Positions 51,236 through 64,000 of a DNA stretch of 64,000 nucleotides are shown piece by piece (position 1 is the first letter of the stretch; every line of letters begins with the position of its first letter). This DNA comes from Mobula hypostoma (Eukaryota). The stretch spans positions 71,674,001-71,738,000 of the forward strand of contig NC_086097.1 of NCBI RefSeq assembly GCF_963921235.1, written 5' to 3'. A program made the translations under genes and the position numbers. Under the pieces are notes generated by a model. That model was not told the origin of the DNA. It ran no database searches and saw nothing but the letters and a program-made list of their open reading frames with translations.

Positions 51236-53628
51236 TGTGTGGCTTCACAAAATCATGCCCAGCTTGCTTGGAAACTGTGCAGATTCTCCAGTCAGGATTC
51301 CCTTCTGTCCAGGGCACTCGAAATGTCTCTCACTGAATCCAGTAATCGCAGCCAAACTGGATGGCAATATGTGTAAGCTGTTATTCCTTATCTTGACCTG
51401 ACTGCAAACTTTGGAAGTGTTTTACTGCACCATTTCTTCCAAAGCTACTTGTTGTAATGCAGCTCAGGGTTCTGCATTTATCCTGTGCTTATAAACAAAC
51501 ATCCTGTTATGGTTTCTCCTCTCCTTACTGCACCATTACCTCTGGTATTCTCCCATGGATTCCACAATAGCCCTACCCTCCTATTTCATCAGCATTGACC
51601 AAAGGCATCACCTACCTTCTATCTCAGCCTCAATAGCTTTGACATTTACTGGCTGCGTGTCCCACCTCTAACAATGCACAGTCAGCGCATTCCCCTCTGG
51701 AACTCATACCCACAGACAACTGTGGAGACCAAGTCACTGAGTACATTTAAAGCTGTGTTTGATATATTCTTCATTAGTAAGGGGGTCAAAAGTTATGAAG
51801 GAAGGCAGGACAGTGGGGTTGAGCGGGATAATAAATTGGCCATAATAGAATAACGAAGCAGACTTGATGGGCCAAAATGTCCCGATTCTGCTCCAAGGAT
51901 TATGGATATATCAAACAAGTCCAGGCAGGATGGGAGAGCATGTTCTTGGCAGATGGATTTGTCTCTACTTTCATATTAAATCCCAGCTCATCAAAAGGAG
52001 GTAGCCCAGGCCACGTTGGTGGATCCAGTCATGGAACGTAGCCTGTGGATGCCACTGAGGCACTTGTGGATGCTGGGTGAACAATTTGAATCATTTCTGA
52101 AGATGACTAATCATCTCTCCCAATGTGCATTTAAATAGTGAAAAGAACAGTAAAGCTCCTGCTTATGCTGAGACTATTGCACAAAGGTCAGAGGTTGTAG
52201 CTTTTGGTTGCAATTTATGTCATCAAAGGGTAGTAAGGGACATTACCAAAACAGAAACATCAATGATGAATGCCTACGCCTGAAAAAACATCAGATGTGC
52301 TAAGGAAAACAACACATGATGTTTGATCTAATACTTTATCCTTTACAATATAATTTGTAAAAGATCTCCAGTGCAATCTTTGACGGGTAAAAATAAAAGT
52401 GTACAACATAGCATAATAGAGGCATAATACAATCTAATTCAATATCGAAGATTTAGTTGTTATCATGCACGAGATCTGTAACCAGGGCTTAAAATACCTG
52501 CTTTGCATTTTATGATTATCAGTATACATATTCTGGTAAATCAAAATAAATACTGTATCTCACATAAAACAGATTTGCTGACAGTGACAGTTTTGTCGCA
52601 TTCACTACTTTTCCTTCTCAATTTCACTAAGAAATGTGCCAACTCATTCTCCGTAAAATTAGTTGCCACAATTTTCAAGCACTAACTCCTGGAGTGTGAC
52701 AGTGAGAAAGAAATGATCAGGCGTTTTATCACCTAAATCCTTCAGAATTACACTCCCTCACGTTTGTGTTTCATCCATCACCTTTCAATGCAGCATTTTC
52801 CTGCACAAATCATTTCAAGAGACAGAAGATGATAGTAGATGGAAAGGGAGTGTTGGATAAGCAGCCTGGTGTTTCAGCTGGAGAGACTACTTCAGAAATT
52901 CTGGATGTGCTTCCCTTTTCCCACTTGTATTCACCAGCTCAGAAGGATGGAGTCCGAATAAAAGAGGGCAGATGAAAAGTCATCAGGAGAAGAGATACAA
53001 AGCATAGAGATGAAAGTGAGTATCAGAGTCAGCGAGCATCCTTGTAAAATGTTGGATTTCATTTTTTCAACTTGTCCCAGACATTGCTGCTGTAATTGCA
53101 CTTGTTTTAATTGCCTGCTTGTATTTCTGTTTGTGGGGACTTGTTCTGTACAGATTGACTGCTGTGTGTTTCCCTTGTCACAGCAGTTATCTGATTGTAT
53201 GCTAAGAGATTTTGTATGCACCATATGAGGGACTTTTACAAAAGCAAATTCTTTTCATCACTTTTTTCCCTGTGGAGACCAAAGAACAATCCGAAACATA
53301 TAGCCAATAAGGGTTGGGCACTATTAATGAAGAGTAAAATGATTTGAGAACATCACACAATAGTGCCGGCACTATGCTCCATCTGCCAGAATGGCTGGCA
53401 CATGGCTGGGGTTGCAACTGAGGGCAGCACCAACATCTGTGCGACCATCACAGTGTTGTGTTCAGTCTAGGCTCGATCAGCAGAGCTTTGGTAGCAGAAC
53501 TGCGTCTCTTAAACCCACATTTCTAAACCCAGGGAAAACATGGACAGCAGGTGTTTGAAAACACTACTCCATTCAGATTTCCCTGCAAACCGTACACCTT
53601 CCTCAGTCTCTTTTCCTTCACTTGGTCT

Positions 53629-53925
53629 AATTCAAAATTCAAAGTAAATTTATTATCAAAGTACATATATGTCACCATATACAACTCTGAGATACATTTT
53701 CTTGTGGGCATACTGAATAAATCTAATAACCGTAATAGAATCAATGAAAGACCGCACCAACAGGGTGGACAAGCAGTGTGCAAATGACAACAAACTGTGC
53801 AAATACACAAAGAAGGAAAATAAACAAACAAACAAGCAGGTAGATAGATAGATAGATAAATAAATAAATAAACTATCAAGAACATGAGATGAAGAGTCCT
53901 TGAAAGTGAGTCCAAAGATTGTGGG
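53629..53925 (-). repeat. SINE-like element (same family as 10610 and 11090) with an internal (GATA)n run
   Basis: ttcaaaattcaaagtaaatttattatcaaagtacatatatgtcaccatatacaac...gagatgaagagtccttgaaagtgagtcc. Confidence 0.65.
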
Positions 53926-54589
53926 AATAGTTCAGAGATGGGGCAACTGAAGTTCAGTGAGGTTATTCCCTCTGGTTCTAGAGGCTGACACTATAGCAAA
54001 AAGATGAAGTACCAACCTACTATTCCTTCTTTGCACAAAGACGTTGTGCTGCCACTGCTGTTGCCCAGCCCAGGGAGCAATCGTGCTTTCTGATGACAGA
54101 CCTGCTTGATCCAGATGTGCTTCAGCTCCTGCTCCTCTCCTGCAATACAGATCACAGACTTGTTGCTTGAAGACCCAGATGGCCTGCTTCATAACCATCC
54201 TTGTGGAAACAAAGATTTCACTGTAAACAAGTGTGTGGGAATTCGAGTGGGTTGGCTCCCACTTCACTCCCACGGCATGTAGTTAACACTGCCACCCAAC
54301 AGCTTCCCTGTGACTGTGAAGCGAAAGTGCAGAAATTTGCTCCAGCATGGCAAAGTCCCAACAGTCGTGACACTAGGCAATTGTTGGCTTGATGCATTCC
54401 TGACTTCACAGATTGGGAGCGGCTATGCAAAACACTCATCAAAATCGGCTGCTCACAGAAATTGCCTCTATAGGGTAAATGCAAAGCTACCGTACTAACC
54501 AATGGTTATACAGCAGAAGGTGGTGACTGGTGTCAATAGAATCGCATCATTTGTCTCAAGATTCCTTGATGCAAAGTATATCCCACTGG

Positions 54590-54960
54590 ATAGAGGTATA
54601 CAAAATTAAGAAGGGTATAGATGAGGTAAATGCAAGTAGGCTATTTTTCCATTAAGGTTGGGTGGGACTAGAACTAGAGGTCATGGGTTAAGAGTGAAAG
54701 AGGAAAAGTTTAAGAGGAACATGACAGGGAACTTCTTCGTTAAGAGGGTTGTGAAAGTGTGGAAAGAGCTGCCAGCACAAATGGTGCATGCGAACTCGAT
54801 TTCAATGTTTAAGAGAAGTTTGGATAGGTACATGGATGAGAGGTATATGGAGGGTTATGGTCCTAGTTGATGGGAGGTTGATGGGAGAAGGCAGCTTAAA
54901 TGGCTTAGCATGAACTGGATGGGGTGAAGGGCTATTTTCTGTGCTGTACTTCTCTATGTC
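54590..54960 (+). mobile_element. CR1 3' fragment
   Basis: RTRGHGLRVKEEKFKRNMTGNFFVKRVVKVWKELP. Confidence 0.85.
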
Positions 54961-55169
54961 CCATCATTTTCATAACTAATGGGGAGTTATTCAATGTATA
55001 GCGACTACACTCCAGAACCAAAGTCCATAGAAGGTAAACAACACTTGCAATTATGCACATTCAGAGGGTGAGTTCTAATACATTAATTCCCTGAAACTCC
55101 AGAGAGCATGGGCCTTACACTCAACAACTGCGAGACAAAATCGTTTCTGCTAACCTATCCCCACTGCAA

Positions 55170-58100
55170 CACATGTTCCATAGGAGTGGTTTAAACTAAT
55201 GGGAACCAGTATGACAGAGCTGGGGACGTGCCAGCAGACTTGCAAGTAGATGATGGATGTAATATAAATGTAAGGAGGGGCAAACCAATGATTGGGAACA
55301 AATAGACCGAGCAAAGAGTTAATTTGTACCACAGAGGCAAAATTCAAAAGGACAAAGAATGCAGGACTGAAGGTGCTGTACATAAATGCATGTAGTCTTC
55401 AGAATAAGGTGGACAAACTCATGGTGCAATTAGAGATTGGATGGTATGGTGTCATGGGCATTACTGAATTGTGGCTGAAACAAGGTCATTGTTGGGAGCT
55501 TAACATCAAAGGATATACTTTCCATTGAAAGAACAGGCAGGAAAGCATAGGTGGTGGTGTGGCTCTGTTGGTAAGAGATGGAATTACTTCTTTAGAAAGA
55601 AGGTGAAATAGGGGCAGAAAATGTTGAATCTTTGTGGGTGGAGTGAAGAAACTGTAAGGGTAAAAGAACCATTATGAGAATCATATATAGGTTTCCAAAT
55701 AGTAGTCAAGATGTGGGGTTGAGATTACAGAGGGAGCTGGAAAGGGCATATAATGTCACAGTTGTAATAGGAGACTTCAATATCCAAAGGGATTGGAAAA
55801 ATCAGGTTGGTATCGGATTGCAAGACAGGATATTTGTTGAATGCCTACAAGGTAGTTTTTTAGAACAGCTTGTGCTTCAGCCTACTTGGGGAAAGCCTAT
55901 CTTAGATTGGGTGTTGTGTAACAATACAGATTTTATTAGGGAGTTTAAGGTAAAGAAACTCTTATGAGTCAGTGATCATATAATTGAATTCATACCGCAA
56001 TTTGAGAGTGAAAAGCATGTATCTGGATCACAATGGAATAAAGGGAATTACGTAGGCATGAGAGAGGAGCTTGCCCAGGTGGATTGGAGAAGGATACTTG
56101 TGGGGATGGTGGCACAGCAGAAATGGCTGAAGTTTCTGGGGATAGTTCACAAGGAGCAGGATAGATATGTCCCACAGAAGTTGTTCTCAAGTGGCAGGGG
56201 GAGGCAACTGTGGCTGACAAGGGACGTTAAGGTCTGCATAAAAGCCGAGGAAAGGGCATATAATGTAGCCAAAATGAGTGGGAAGTTGGATGGTTGGGAA
56301 GGTTTTAAAATCCAACAAAAGGCAACCAAAAAGCCATAAGAAGGGAAAAGATGAAATATGAGGGCAAACTAGCCAATAATATAAAGCAGGATACTAAAAG
56401 TTTTTTTTCAGTTATATGAAGAGTAAAAGAGAGGTGAGCATTGACATTGGACTGCTAGAAAATGATGCTGGTGAGGTAGTAATGGGGACAAATAAATGAC
56501 ATATGAACTTAATGGGTACTTTGCTTCTGTCTTCAATGTGGAAGACACTAGCAGTGTGCCAGAGGTCCATGATTGCCAGGGAGCAGGAGTGAGAGCCATT
56601 ACTATTCCAAAGGAAGACGTGCTGGGCAACCTCAAAGGTCTTAAGGTGGATAAGTCATCAGGACCAGATGGACTACATCCCAGAATCCGGAGAGAAGTCG
56701 CTGAAGAGATAGCAGGTGCAATGGTCATGATCTTTCAAGAATCACTTGATTCTGGCATGTTTCTGGAGGACTGGAACATTGCAAATGCTACTCCACTCTT
56801 TAAGAAAGGAAGGAAGGCAAAAGAAAGGAAATTATAGGCCAGTTAGCCCAACCTCAGTGGTTGGGAAAATGTTGGAGTCCATTATTAAGGATGAGGTTTC
56901 GGGGTACTTGGGGGACTAAGGATAAAATAAGTCAAAGTCAGCATGGTTTCCATGAAGGGAAATCTTGCCTGAAAAATCTGTTAGATTTCTTCAAAGAAGT
57001 AACAAGTAGGGTGGACAAAGGAGAGGCAGTGGATGTCATTTACTTGGATAATCATCAGGCATTTGATAAAGTGCCACACTGAAGCTGCTTAACAAGATAA
57101 AATTCTATGGCGTTACAGGAAAGATACTGGCATGGATAGAGGAATGGCTGACAAGCAGGTGGTAGTGAGCGGGGGCCTTTTCTGGTTGGCTGCCTGTGAC
57201 TAGCGGTGTTCTTCAGTGGACAGGATTAGGTCACTGCTTTTCACATTGTTTGACAATGATTTAGATAATGGAATTGATGGCTTTCTGGCAAAGTTTTCAG
57301 ATGATACAAAATTAGGTGGAGGAGTAGGTAGTGCTGAGGAAGCAATGTGATTGCAACAGGACTTAGACAAGTTGGAAGAATGGGCAAAAAAAATGACAAA
57401 TGGAATACAGTGTTGTGAAATGTATGATCATGCATTTTGATAGAAGGAACAACAGTGTGGACTGTTATTTAAATGGGGAGAAGGTTCAAACATCAGAGGT
57501 CTAGAGGGACTTAGGAGTCCTCGTGCAAGACTCCCAGAAGGTTAATTTACAGGTTGAGTGTGTGGTAAAGAAGGCAAAAGCAATGTTGGCATTCATTTCA
57601 AGGGGAATAGAATATAAAAGCAAGGAGATAATCCTGAGCCTTTCTGAGATATGGGGCCCAAAACTGTTGGAGTATTGTCAACAGTTTTGGGCCCCATATC
57701 TCAGAAAGGATGTGTTGTCATTGGAGAGAGTCCAGAGGAGGACCACAAGGATGATTCTGGGAATGATGGGTTAACATATGAGGAGTATTTGGCAGCTTTG
57801 GGCCTGTACTCACTGGAATTTAGAAGAACGCAGGGGGAATCTCATCAAAACCTACCGAATGTGGATGTGGAGAGGATGTTTCCTATGGTAGGAGTGTCCA
57901 GAAATAGAGGGCACAGCCTCACAATTGAGGGATGATCCTTTAGTACAGACATTAGGAGGAACTTTTTTAGCCATGGAGTAGTGAATCTGTGAAATGCTCT
58001 GCCACAGACAGCTGTGGAGACCAAGACCATGGATATATTTAAAGTGAAAATTGATAGTTTCCTGATTGGTCAGGGCATTAAAGGTTATGGTGAGAAATCA

Positions 58101-58201
58101 CATATACGGGGTTGAGTGGGATCGGGGATCAGCCATGGAATGGCGGAGCAGATTCGATGGGCCGAATGGCCTAATTCTAATCCTATGTCTTACGGTCTTA
58201 T
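55170..58201 (+). mobile_element. CR1 LINE, nearly full ORF2, heavily disrupted (second subfamily)
   Basis: LKVLYINACSLQNK, GITELWL, IGDFN, KSSGPDGLHPR, AFDKVPH, KFSDDTKLGG; tail tcttacggtcttat. Confidence 0.93.
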
Positions 58202-59894
58202 AACAAAAAGGTTTACATCATGATTTTGGCAAACATGGGCCTCATCTTACTGCACATCCTGGAAGCCACTTTTGACTAAAGCAGACATTGATAACAACGT
58301 TCATCATTGTCTTCAATGTTCCTGTTCAGCACTCATTCATTGACGAATTGGGTATTTAAAGATCATATCCTGGAACTAGTTAACTAAATCTAGCAGTGAC
58401 CTCTATCCTCCTACATGTTACTGGACTACTTACAGAGGACATCTCAGAAGCACTGGAATGCTATCACTAACACTGTCTCCATAAAAATCCTCTAAATTCA
58501 CTTGAAAAATAAATAACTAAATGTGCAAATGAATCTTCCTTCATTTAGACAGACTGCCTGAGAAGATGCAGGCCTATCTATGACTACATTCTGGCTGTGT
58601 CTAAATGAATGGGATGAATAGAATTCCTCTTGCTTGTGGAAAATGGCCGGGTGGTCAGGCATAAATCGTGGGCAAAGTGAATGCAATTGATGATACCCTC
58701 CACTGAGAGAACTGGTATACTGGAGCTCATACACCGAATGCTAAAGGTCAGGTAAAATGGAATGTTTGGATATTGAGGACTATTCATACCACGTGTCCCA
58801 TGCAACTCGTATGCATGGGACTTCCATCAAAGCTAATGTCATTAGTCAATTCATGCTTGGGGAACTTCAGTTTGAAATCATTCTGCATTCAATTTATCCA
58901 CTTTTAATTTGTTTTCCTTTTACATGTTTTCTGTTAAAAATTCTTGCATTAGATTGTTACCATCTTTCAAGTAGTGTTTTCCCTTTGCTTTCTAGTTTTA
59001 ATGGCTTTGTATATTTTTTGTGTATGCTTGCATCACTTCCTCTGTTTCTGCTGTTGCAAATATTTTTGATTCAGCTTCTGTATATTTGACTCGCAAAATA
59101 TTTTACCATTCAGTTTCCAGCAATATTTTTCTTACTTTACTGGAGTTTGATTCTGTGCACTTTTACACATACTATAAACACTAATCTTCTGAGAACATCC
59201 TGACAAGGTGAGTGCGCATTCAACAGAAGAGATTTGGTGCCATTGGAACTGGTTCATTGCCTACATCTGTTCAACTCTCCCTCTGTGAAACAATATTTTG
59301 AATTCTGGAAGTTTAAGAAGAAGCACACACCCTTTCAGTCCCAATTTCCTAAATGCATTTATCTCCAATTGCTCATATGTCCTTAATACATAGGAGGCCA
59401 TTCAGTCCATCGAATTTGTGCCAACTCTCGGTGTAATCCCATCAGTTATGTTATTTTAATCAGTTGCAATTATGTACTAAAGAAAAGTTGATTTGCACAT
59501 TTGGAATGTAATAATACTGTTATTTTTATTGATTGCAAAAGTATGATTTAATTGAGGATTTTGATTGGAACCATGATGGAGAGGTCTAGAATCAAGAGAC
59601 AATATTAGAACCAGATATCCTGGGGAGAAATTAGGAATCACTTCTGCCTACAAAAGGTGGAAACCTTTATCAGAAAATGCTTGCTCTGTTAACCTTTAAA
59701 TCTGGGGTCAATAAGCATGTAGAAAAGATATTAGAAAGGCAGAGTTAACAGAGCAGGTCAGCCAGTAGAACAAGATCAAGACACAGTACTGCTTGTACGT
59801 GTTTCCATATCATTTGTTCCAATGTTGATGATAGTATCCTGATTGCCAACCCATTGCCAACTTGGAATCGGAATTCCTCACTGATTGAAATGTG

Positions 59895-60029
59895 AGACAC
59901 AAGAGATTTAGCAGATACTGGAAATTTTGAACAACACAGAGTCCTGATTAAGGTTCTCAACTAAAAAACCCCGACTGTTTATTTCCATCCATAGATGCTG
60001 CCTGATCTGCTGAGTTCCTCCAGCATTTG
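59895..60029. mobile_element. Very short Penelope fold-back remnant
   Basis: Minus pLTR terminus joined to plus gtcctgattaaggttctc...gatgctgcctgatctgctgagttcctccagca. Confidence 0.65.
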
Positions 60030-61774
60030 ACGTCTGTAATTGATTGAAATGTCATTATTCTTACTAGCCGCATTTGGAAGCTTTAGTTTAGGCCACTAGA
60101 TGGTGGTGTTTGTAATCAAACATCTCAAATCTACTTTGAACCTTCAACACTTGGTTCAATATGTAGAGTTCTCAAAGCTCATTCTGTGAACTGCCTAGGC
60201 AGGAATATAAACACATAATACTCCATAGAAATACACAAATCCAACAAAGGTTTCACTAATATTGTGGAATAAAGCATTGTAGCTATTTCTTCATGTACTG
60301 GTCTGTGTTACCCTGTGTTTTATTCTGTACAGTCAACAGCAAGAAACTTGTAAGGTTATATCATGTTAGCGTGGTTATACTGTATATCTGCTGGTCAGAA
60401 TCAGAATCAGAATCAGATTTATTATCACTGGCATGTGATGTGAAATTTGTTAACTTAGCAGCAGCAGTTCAATGCAATACTTAACCTAGAAGAAGAAACT
60501 AGATGAGCTAAAGAGCCTATATCTGTTTTGTAGTACTCTATGACCCTAGGTGCTTCAGGCCCATGAATTATAAACAAGTGTCGTCACTGTTTTGTTTATA
60601 AGCCAATGAACAACATGAGGAAAATATGCCAGTGTGTTCTGATAGTAATAGAGAAAGTTGCATGCTGGCTAGGTTTCCTCTTTGAGTCATGCCGAGGGAC
60701 CATTTATGCTATGCTGAATAGACTATCGCTTTATCATAACACGTGTCTCACCTCATTACAACCTAAATCCAGAGAAAAAGGATGAACAAATTCACATGGT
60801 GGACTAATTCACTTGTTCTGATCACAAGAAATGAGGCATTCATACTGTACATGTGTCCAAATGTGGTTCTGATTCCAAGTGCTGATTTTTTGTTTCTATC
60901 CACTGGCATTTTTCTCAAATCAGTCACAAAACATTAGGCTACACTTGGGAGAGGAATTCTCAAGTATTCTCAATTTCAAAGCCGGACAAGTATGGGATGC
61001 TTTTTGCTTCTATTTATTTTTGTTGTTTTTTTTTAAATGCCTGGGAAGAGTTTGGTGACATTGGGAGATTTTTAACAATCACTGTAACAGATCCCACTGT
61101 GGAGAGGGAGCCGTGATCACAGGAATGAGCAGAACTTATGATTCAGGAAAAACAAATGGAGAATGCTATGTTATAAGAATCTGTATTTTTCATTCTGAAA
61201 CATGCAGGGTATTGTACTGGTTGGCCTCAAAAGAGCAGAGAATAAAGACTACTTCATGTCCTGTGAGAAACTGCAGCAGCCAGCACACAACTGTTGCCAA
61301 GGTCACTGCAGGCCTCCATCTATTTACCTGGAACGATCGCCGGAGGAAATACTGCAACTCCTGTCTCATTCCATATTTGGATAAAGCAAAAATAATGCCT
61401 ACATGCTTAGCAAATGCGACTGTAACTTTTCACGTGGGTATCCGGAAATAAGGAGTATGGCTCTGAGATCTGGTTGCCTTCCACACTCTCAAATAAACCA
61501 TACTGACTTCATGAATTACAAGGATGCCTACTCCATTAAAGCATAATTGTTAGATGATGGTTGGCAGTATATCATGTAGGACTCTGCCTGCTATATAAAC
61601 AGTGCCACAAGACTTCTAAATTGCTCTTCCTGTTCCAGCTCTTATTTGTAAATGAGAAGCTGATTGCTTGTGTACAAAGGTCATTGCTGCAGAATTGGCC
61701 CAGAGCTCCTCTCATGTTTTGGACTTTCAGGCTAACTGTGTGAGGGGAGATTAAACAGACATCAAAATATCCTG

Positions 61775-62975
61775 GGCAACATATACAAAATGCTGGAGGA
61801 ACTCAGCAGGTCAGGCAGCATCTATGGAGGAGAATAAATAGTTAATGTTTCGAGCCAAAACCCCTCATCAGAAATAGAAAGAAAGGGGAAGAAGCCAAAA
61901 TAAGAAGGGAAGGGAAGGAATACAAGTTGGCAGATGTAGCTTAATCCAGATGAGGGGGAAGATGAGTGGGTGGGGGAGGGAAGATGAAGACAGAAGACAT
62001 GAAGAGTGAGAAGTGAGAATTCCAGATCAGAATCAGAATCAAAATCAGGTTTATTATCACTGGCATGTGACGTGAAATTTGTTAACTTAGCAGCAGCAGC
62101 ATTTCAATGCAATACATAATCTAGCAGAGAGAGGAAAAAAATAATAAATAAAATAAAACATGACAATAAATAAACAAGTAAATCAGTTACGTATATTGAA
62201 TAGATTTAGAAAAATGTGCAAAAACAGAAATACTATATTAAAAAAGTGAGGTAGTGTTCAAAGCTTCAATGTCCATTTAGGAATCAGATGGCAGAGGGGA
62301 AGATGCTGTTCCTGAATCGCTGAGTGTGTGCCTTCAGGCTTCTGTACCTCCTTCCTGATGACAACAGTGAGAAAAGGGCATGCCCAGGATGCTGGAGGCC
62401 TTTAATAATAGACATTGCCTTTCTGAGACACTGCTCCCTAAAGATGTCCTGGGTACTTTGTAGGCCAGTGCCAAGCTGGAGCTGACTAGATTTACAACCT
62501 TCTACAGCTTCTTTCAGTCCTGTGCAGTAGCCCCTCCATACCAGACAGTGATGCAGCCCATCAGAATGCTCTCTGCAGTACATCTATAGAAGTTTTTGAG
62601 TGTATTTGTTGACATGCCAAATCGCTTCAAACTCCTGATAAAGTATAGCCGCTGTCTTGCCTTCTTTATGGCTATGTCAATGTGTTGGGACCAGATTAGA
62701 TCCTCAGAGATTTTGACACCCAGGAACTTGAAGCTGTTCACTCTCTCCACTTCTGATCCCTCTATGAAGATTGGTATGAAGGGTCTTGGCCCAAAGCATC
62801 AACTGTTTATTCTTCTCCACAGCTGCTGCCTGGTCTGCTGAGTTCCTCTAGGTGAATTAGCTCTTCTACCTATCAACTCCTATTTTACCATTTTGTGTGT
62901 TGTTGAGATGAGAGGTGATGGGTGGAAGAAGTAAAAGACTGAAGATAAAGGAATCTGTTAGGAGAGGAGAGAGAA
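61775..62975. mobile_element. Penelope pLTR cluster interrupted by Rex1
   Basis: Minus pLTR at 61775-62015, plus pLTR end at 62776-62850, minus pLTR resumes at ~62905-62975. Confidence 0.75.
62026..62778 (-). mobile_element. Rex1/Babar LINE 3' fragment (relatively young)
   Basis: ERVNSFKFLGVKISEDLIWSQHID..KKARQRLYFIRSLKRFGM..CITVWYG, HPGHALFSLLSSGRRYRSL; (AATCAG)n tail. Confidence 0.92.
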
Positions 62976-64000
62976 ACAAAATATCCTGCTGTATGTGGCT
63001 GTCATACTAGGCCATATATAATGCTACGTTATCACTTCTTGCCAGTAAGGTCAGTCTGCCTTCTCCTTTGGTCTCATAATACTTTGGATAGACGCACAAC
63101 CATCCATTTCCCCCACCCCTTCCTGACAATCTTTCTTCTTCCCTCTCAGTCTCAGTCTGGTTCCAGCATCTGCACTCTCCATTGTCTTCACTTCTTCCTA
63201 TTGCATTCTGTGCAATGCCAGCTTCCTCTGAAAGAAGATTTGGCCAGTTGGGCTTTTAATGTGTAAGCTTAGGGTTGAGTCCTTGTTTAAAGAGAGGAAC
63301 AGCAGTAGCACCAAGAGACAGAGGACGATGGTGTTGGAGCAGTTTTGAGGTTGGGTACAGATCTCAAGGGCGTGATTCCAGGAAGGATAAGATGCAGAGA
63401 AATGTCCCGCAGTGACTGGAAAAAGGCACAAAATTGGAAGGAAAAAGGAAATGATTACACCAAGATGAAAGTAAACAGCACTGCCTGTTCGGAGCAAAAT
63501 AAATATGAAAGGAGTCTTTGCTTGAAATCTGGTGAGGAGGTTAATCTCTGCCTGCTCGTGGCTGTGACTTGCTCTGCAATTCCTTCCATTTGTCCTGTTA
63601 CTCATTTATTGGGGAAGAGGCCCGCCTTCTTGCTACTCACTTCCTCTAGGAATTGCAATCAGTGTGAATTTGCTTTGAAAGCAAAATCACATTTCTTGAC
63701 ACTTTGCAGGGGCTACAGACTGTCTTATATTAAACTGGAAATCCTTTTCTCTCAATTGGCATGTTGTTCACAAATGATTTGATTAAAGCTAGCAGATCAT
63801 TGTTTAAGTGAGCTTTGAGATCCAAAGTGCAGAACCCAGTAGGTAAACACAGCAGGCAGAAACAATGCCTCTCCTGTTACCCATCCAAGATGTACCCAAG
63901 TTGGAAAACACCAGGAATCCATAGTATCTCTCCCTTACCTGTGACCACAGCAGCCTGGATGAAGGCCACTCCTCATCTGGGGCATGAAAATATAGCTTTT

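Noticed and set aside
59122..59207. Exon-like unit with a strong AAG|gtgagt donor
   Set aside because: Stops in all three frames; could only be noncoding, and nothing else supports it.
63198..63782. 135-aa and 145-aa ORFs
   Set aside because: No domain similarity recognised; low-information composition and non-ATG starts.

Overview
Eukaryotic, repeat-dense genomic DNA. The mix of repeat families (CR1, Rex1/Babar, Penelope, Tc1, Gypsy) suggests a cartilaginous fish, probably a ray; this is inference only. No intact host gene or RNA gene was recognised, and almost all listed ORFs are transposon fragments or chance frames. Contents: (1) two internally deleted hAT transposons (1-1.8 kb); (2) a decayed retrovirus-like element with minus-strand gag (MHR-like segment, two CCHC knuckles) and protease, head-to-head with a plus-strand LTR, tRNA-Pro PBS and leader, the two parts linked by a ~250-bp inverted repeat; (3) many CR1 LINE copies of different ages; (4) three Tc1-derived MITEs; (5) a nested cluster: a Rex1 host carrying a Gypsy element that lacks PR/RT (itself carrying a young CR1) and a Penelope fold-back element with a 12-bp TSD; (6) about ten Penelope pLTR copies with minimal hammerhead-ribozyme motifs, one apparently intact at 32009-32046; (7) a microhomology-bounded inverted duplication (45.4-46.7 kb) and a non-TE inverted repeat (50.6/51.2 kb); (8) a few unassigned candidate exons. 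Coordinates of old repeats are approximate, and identities were judged by eye.
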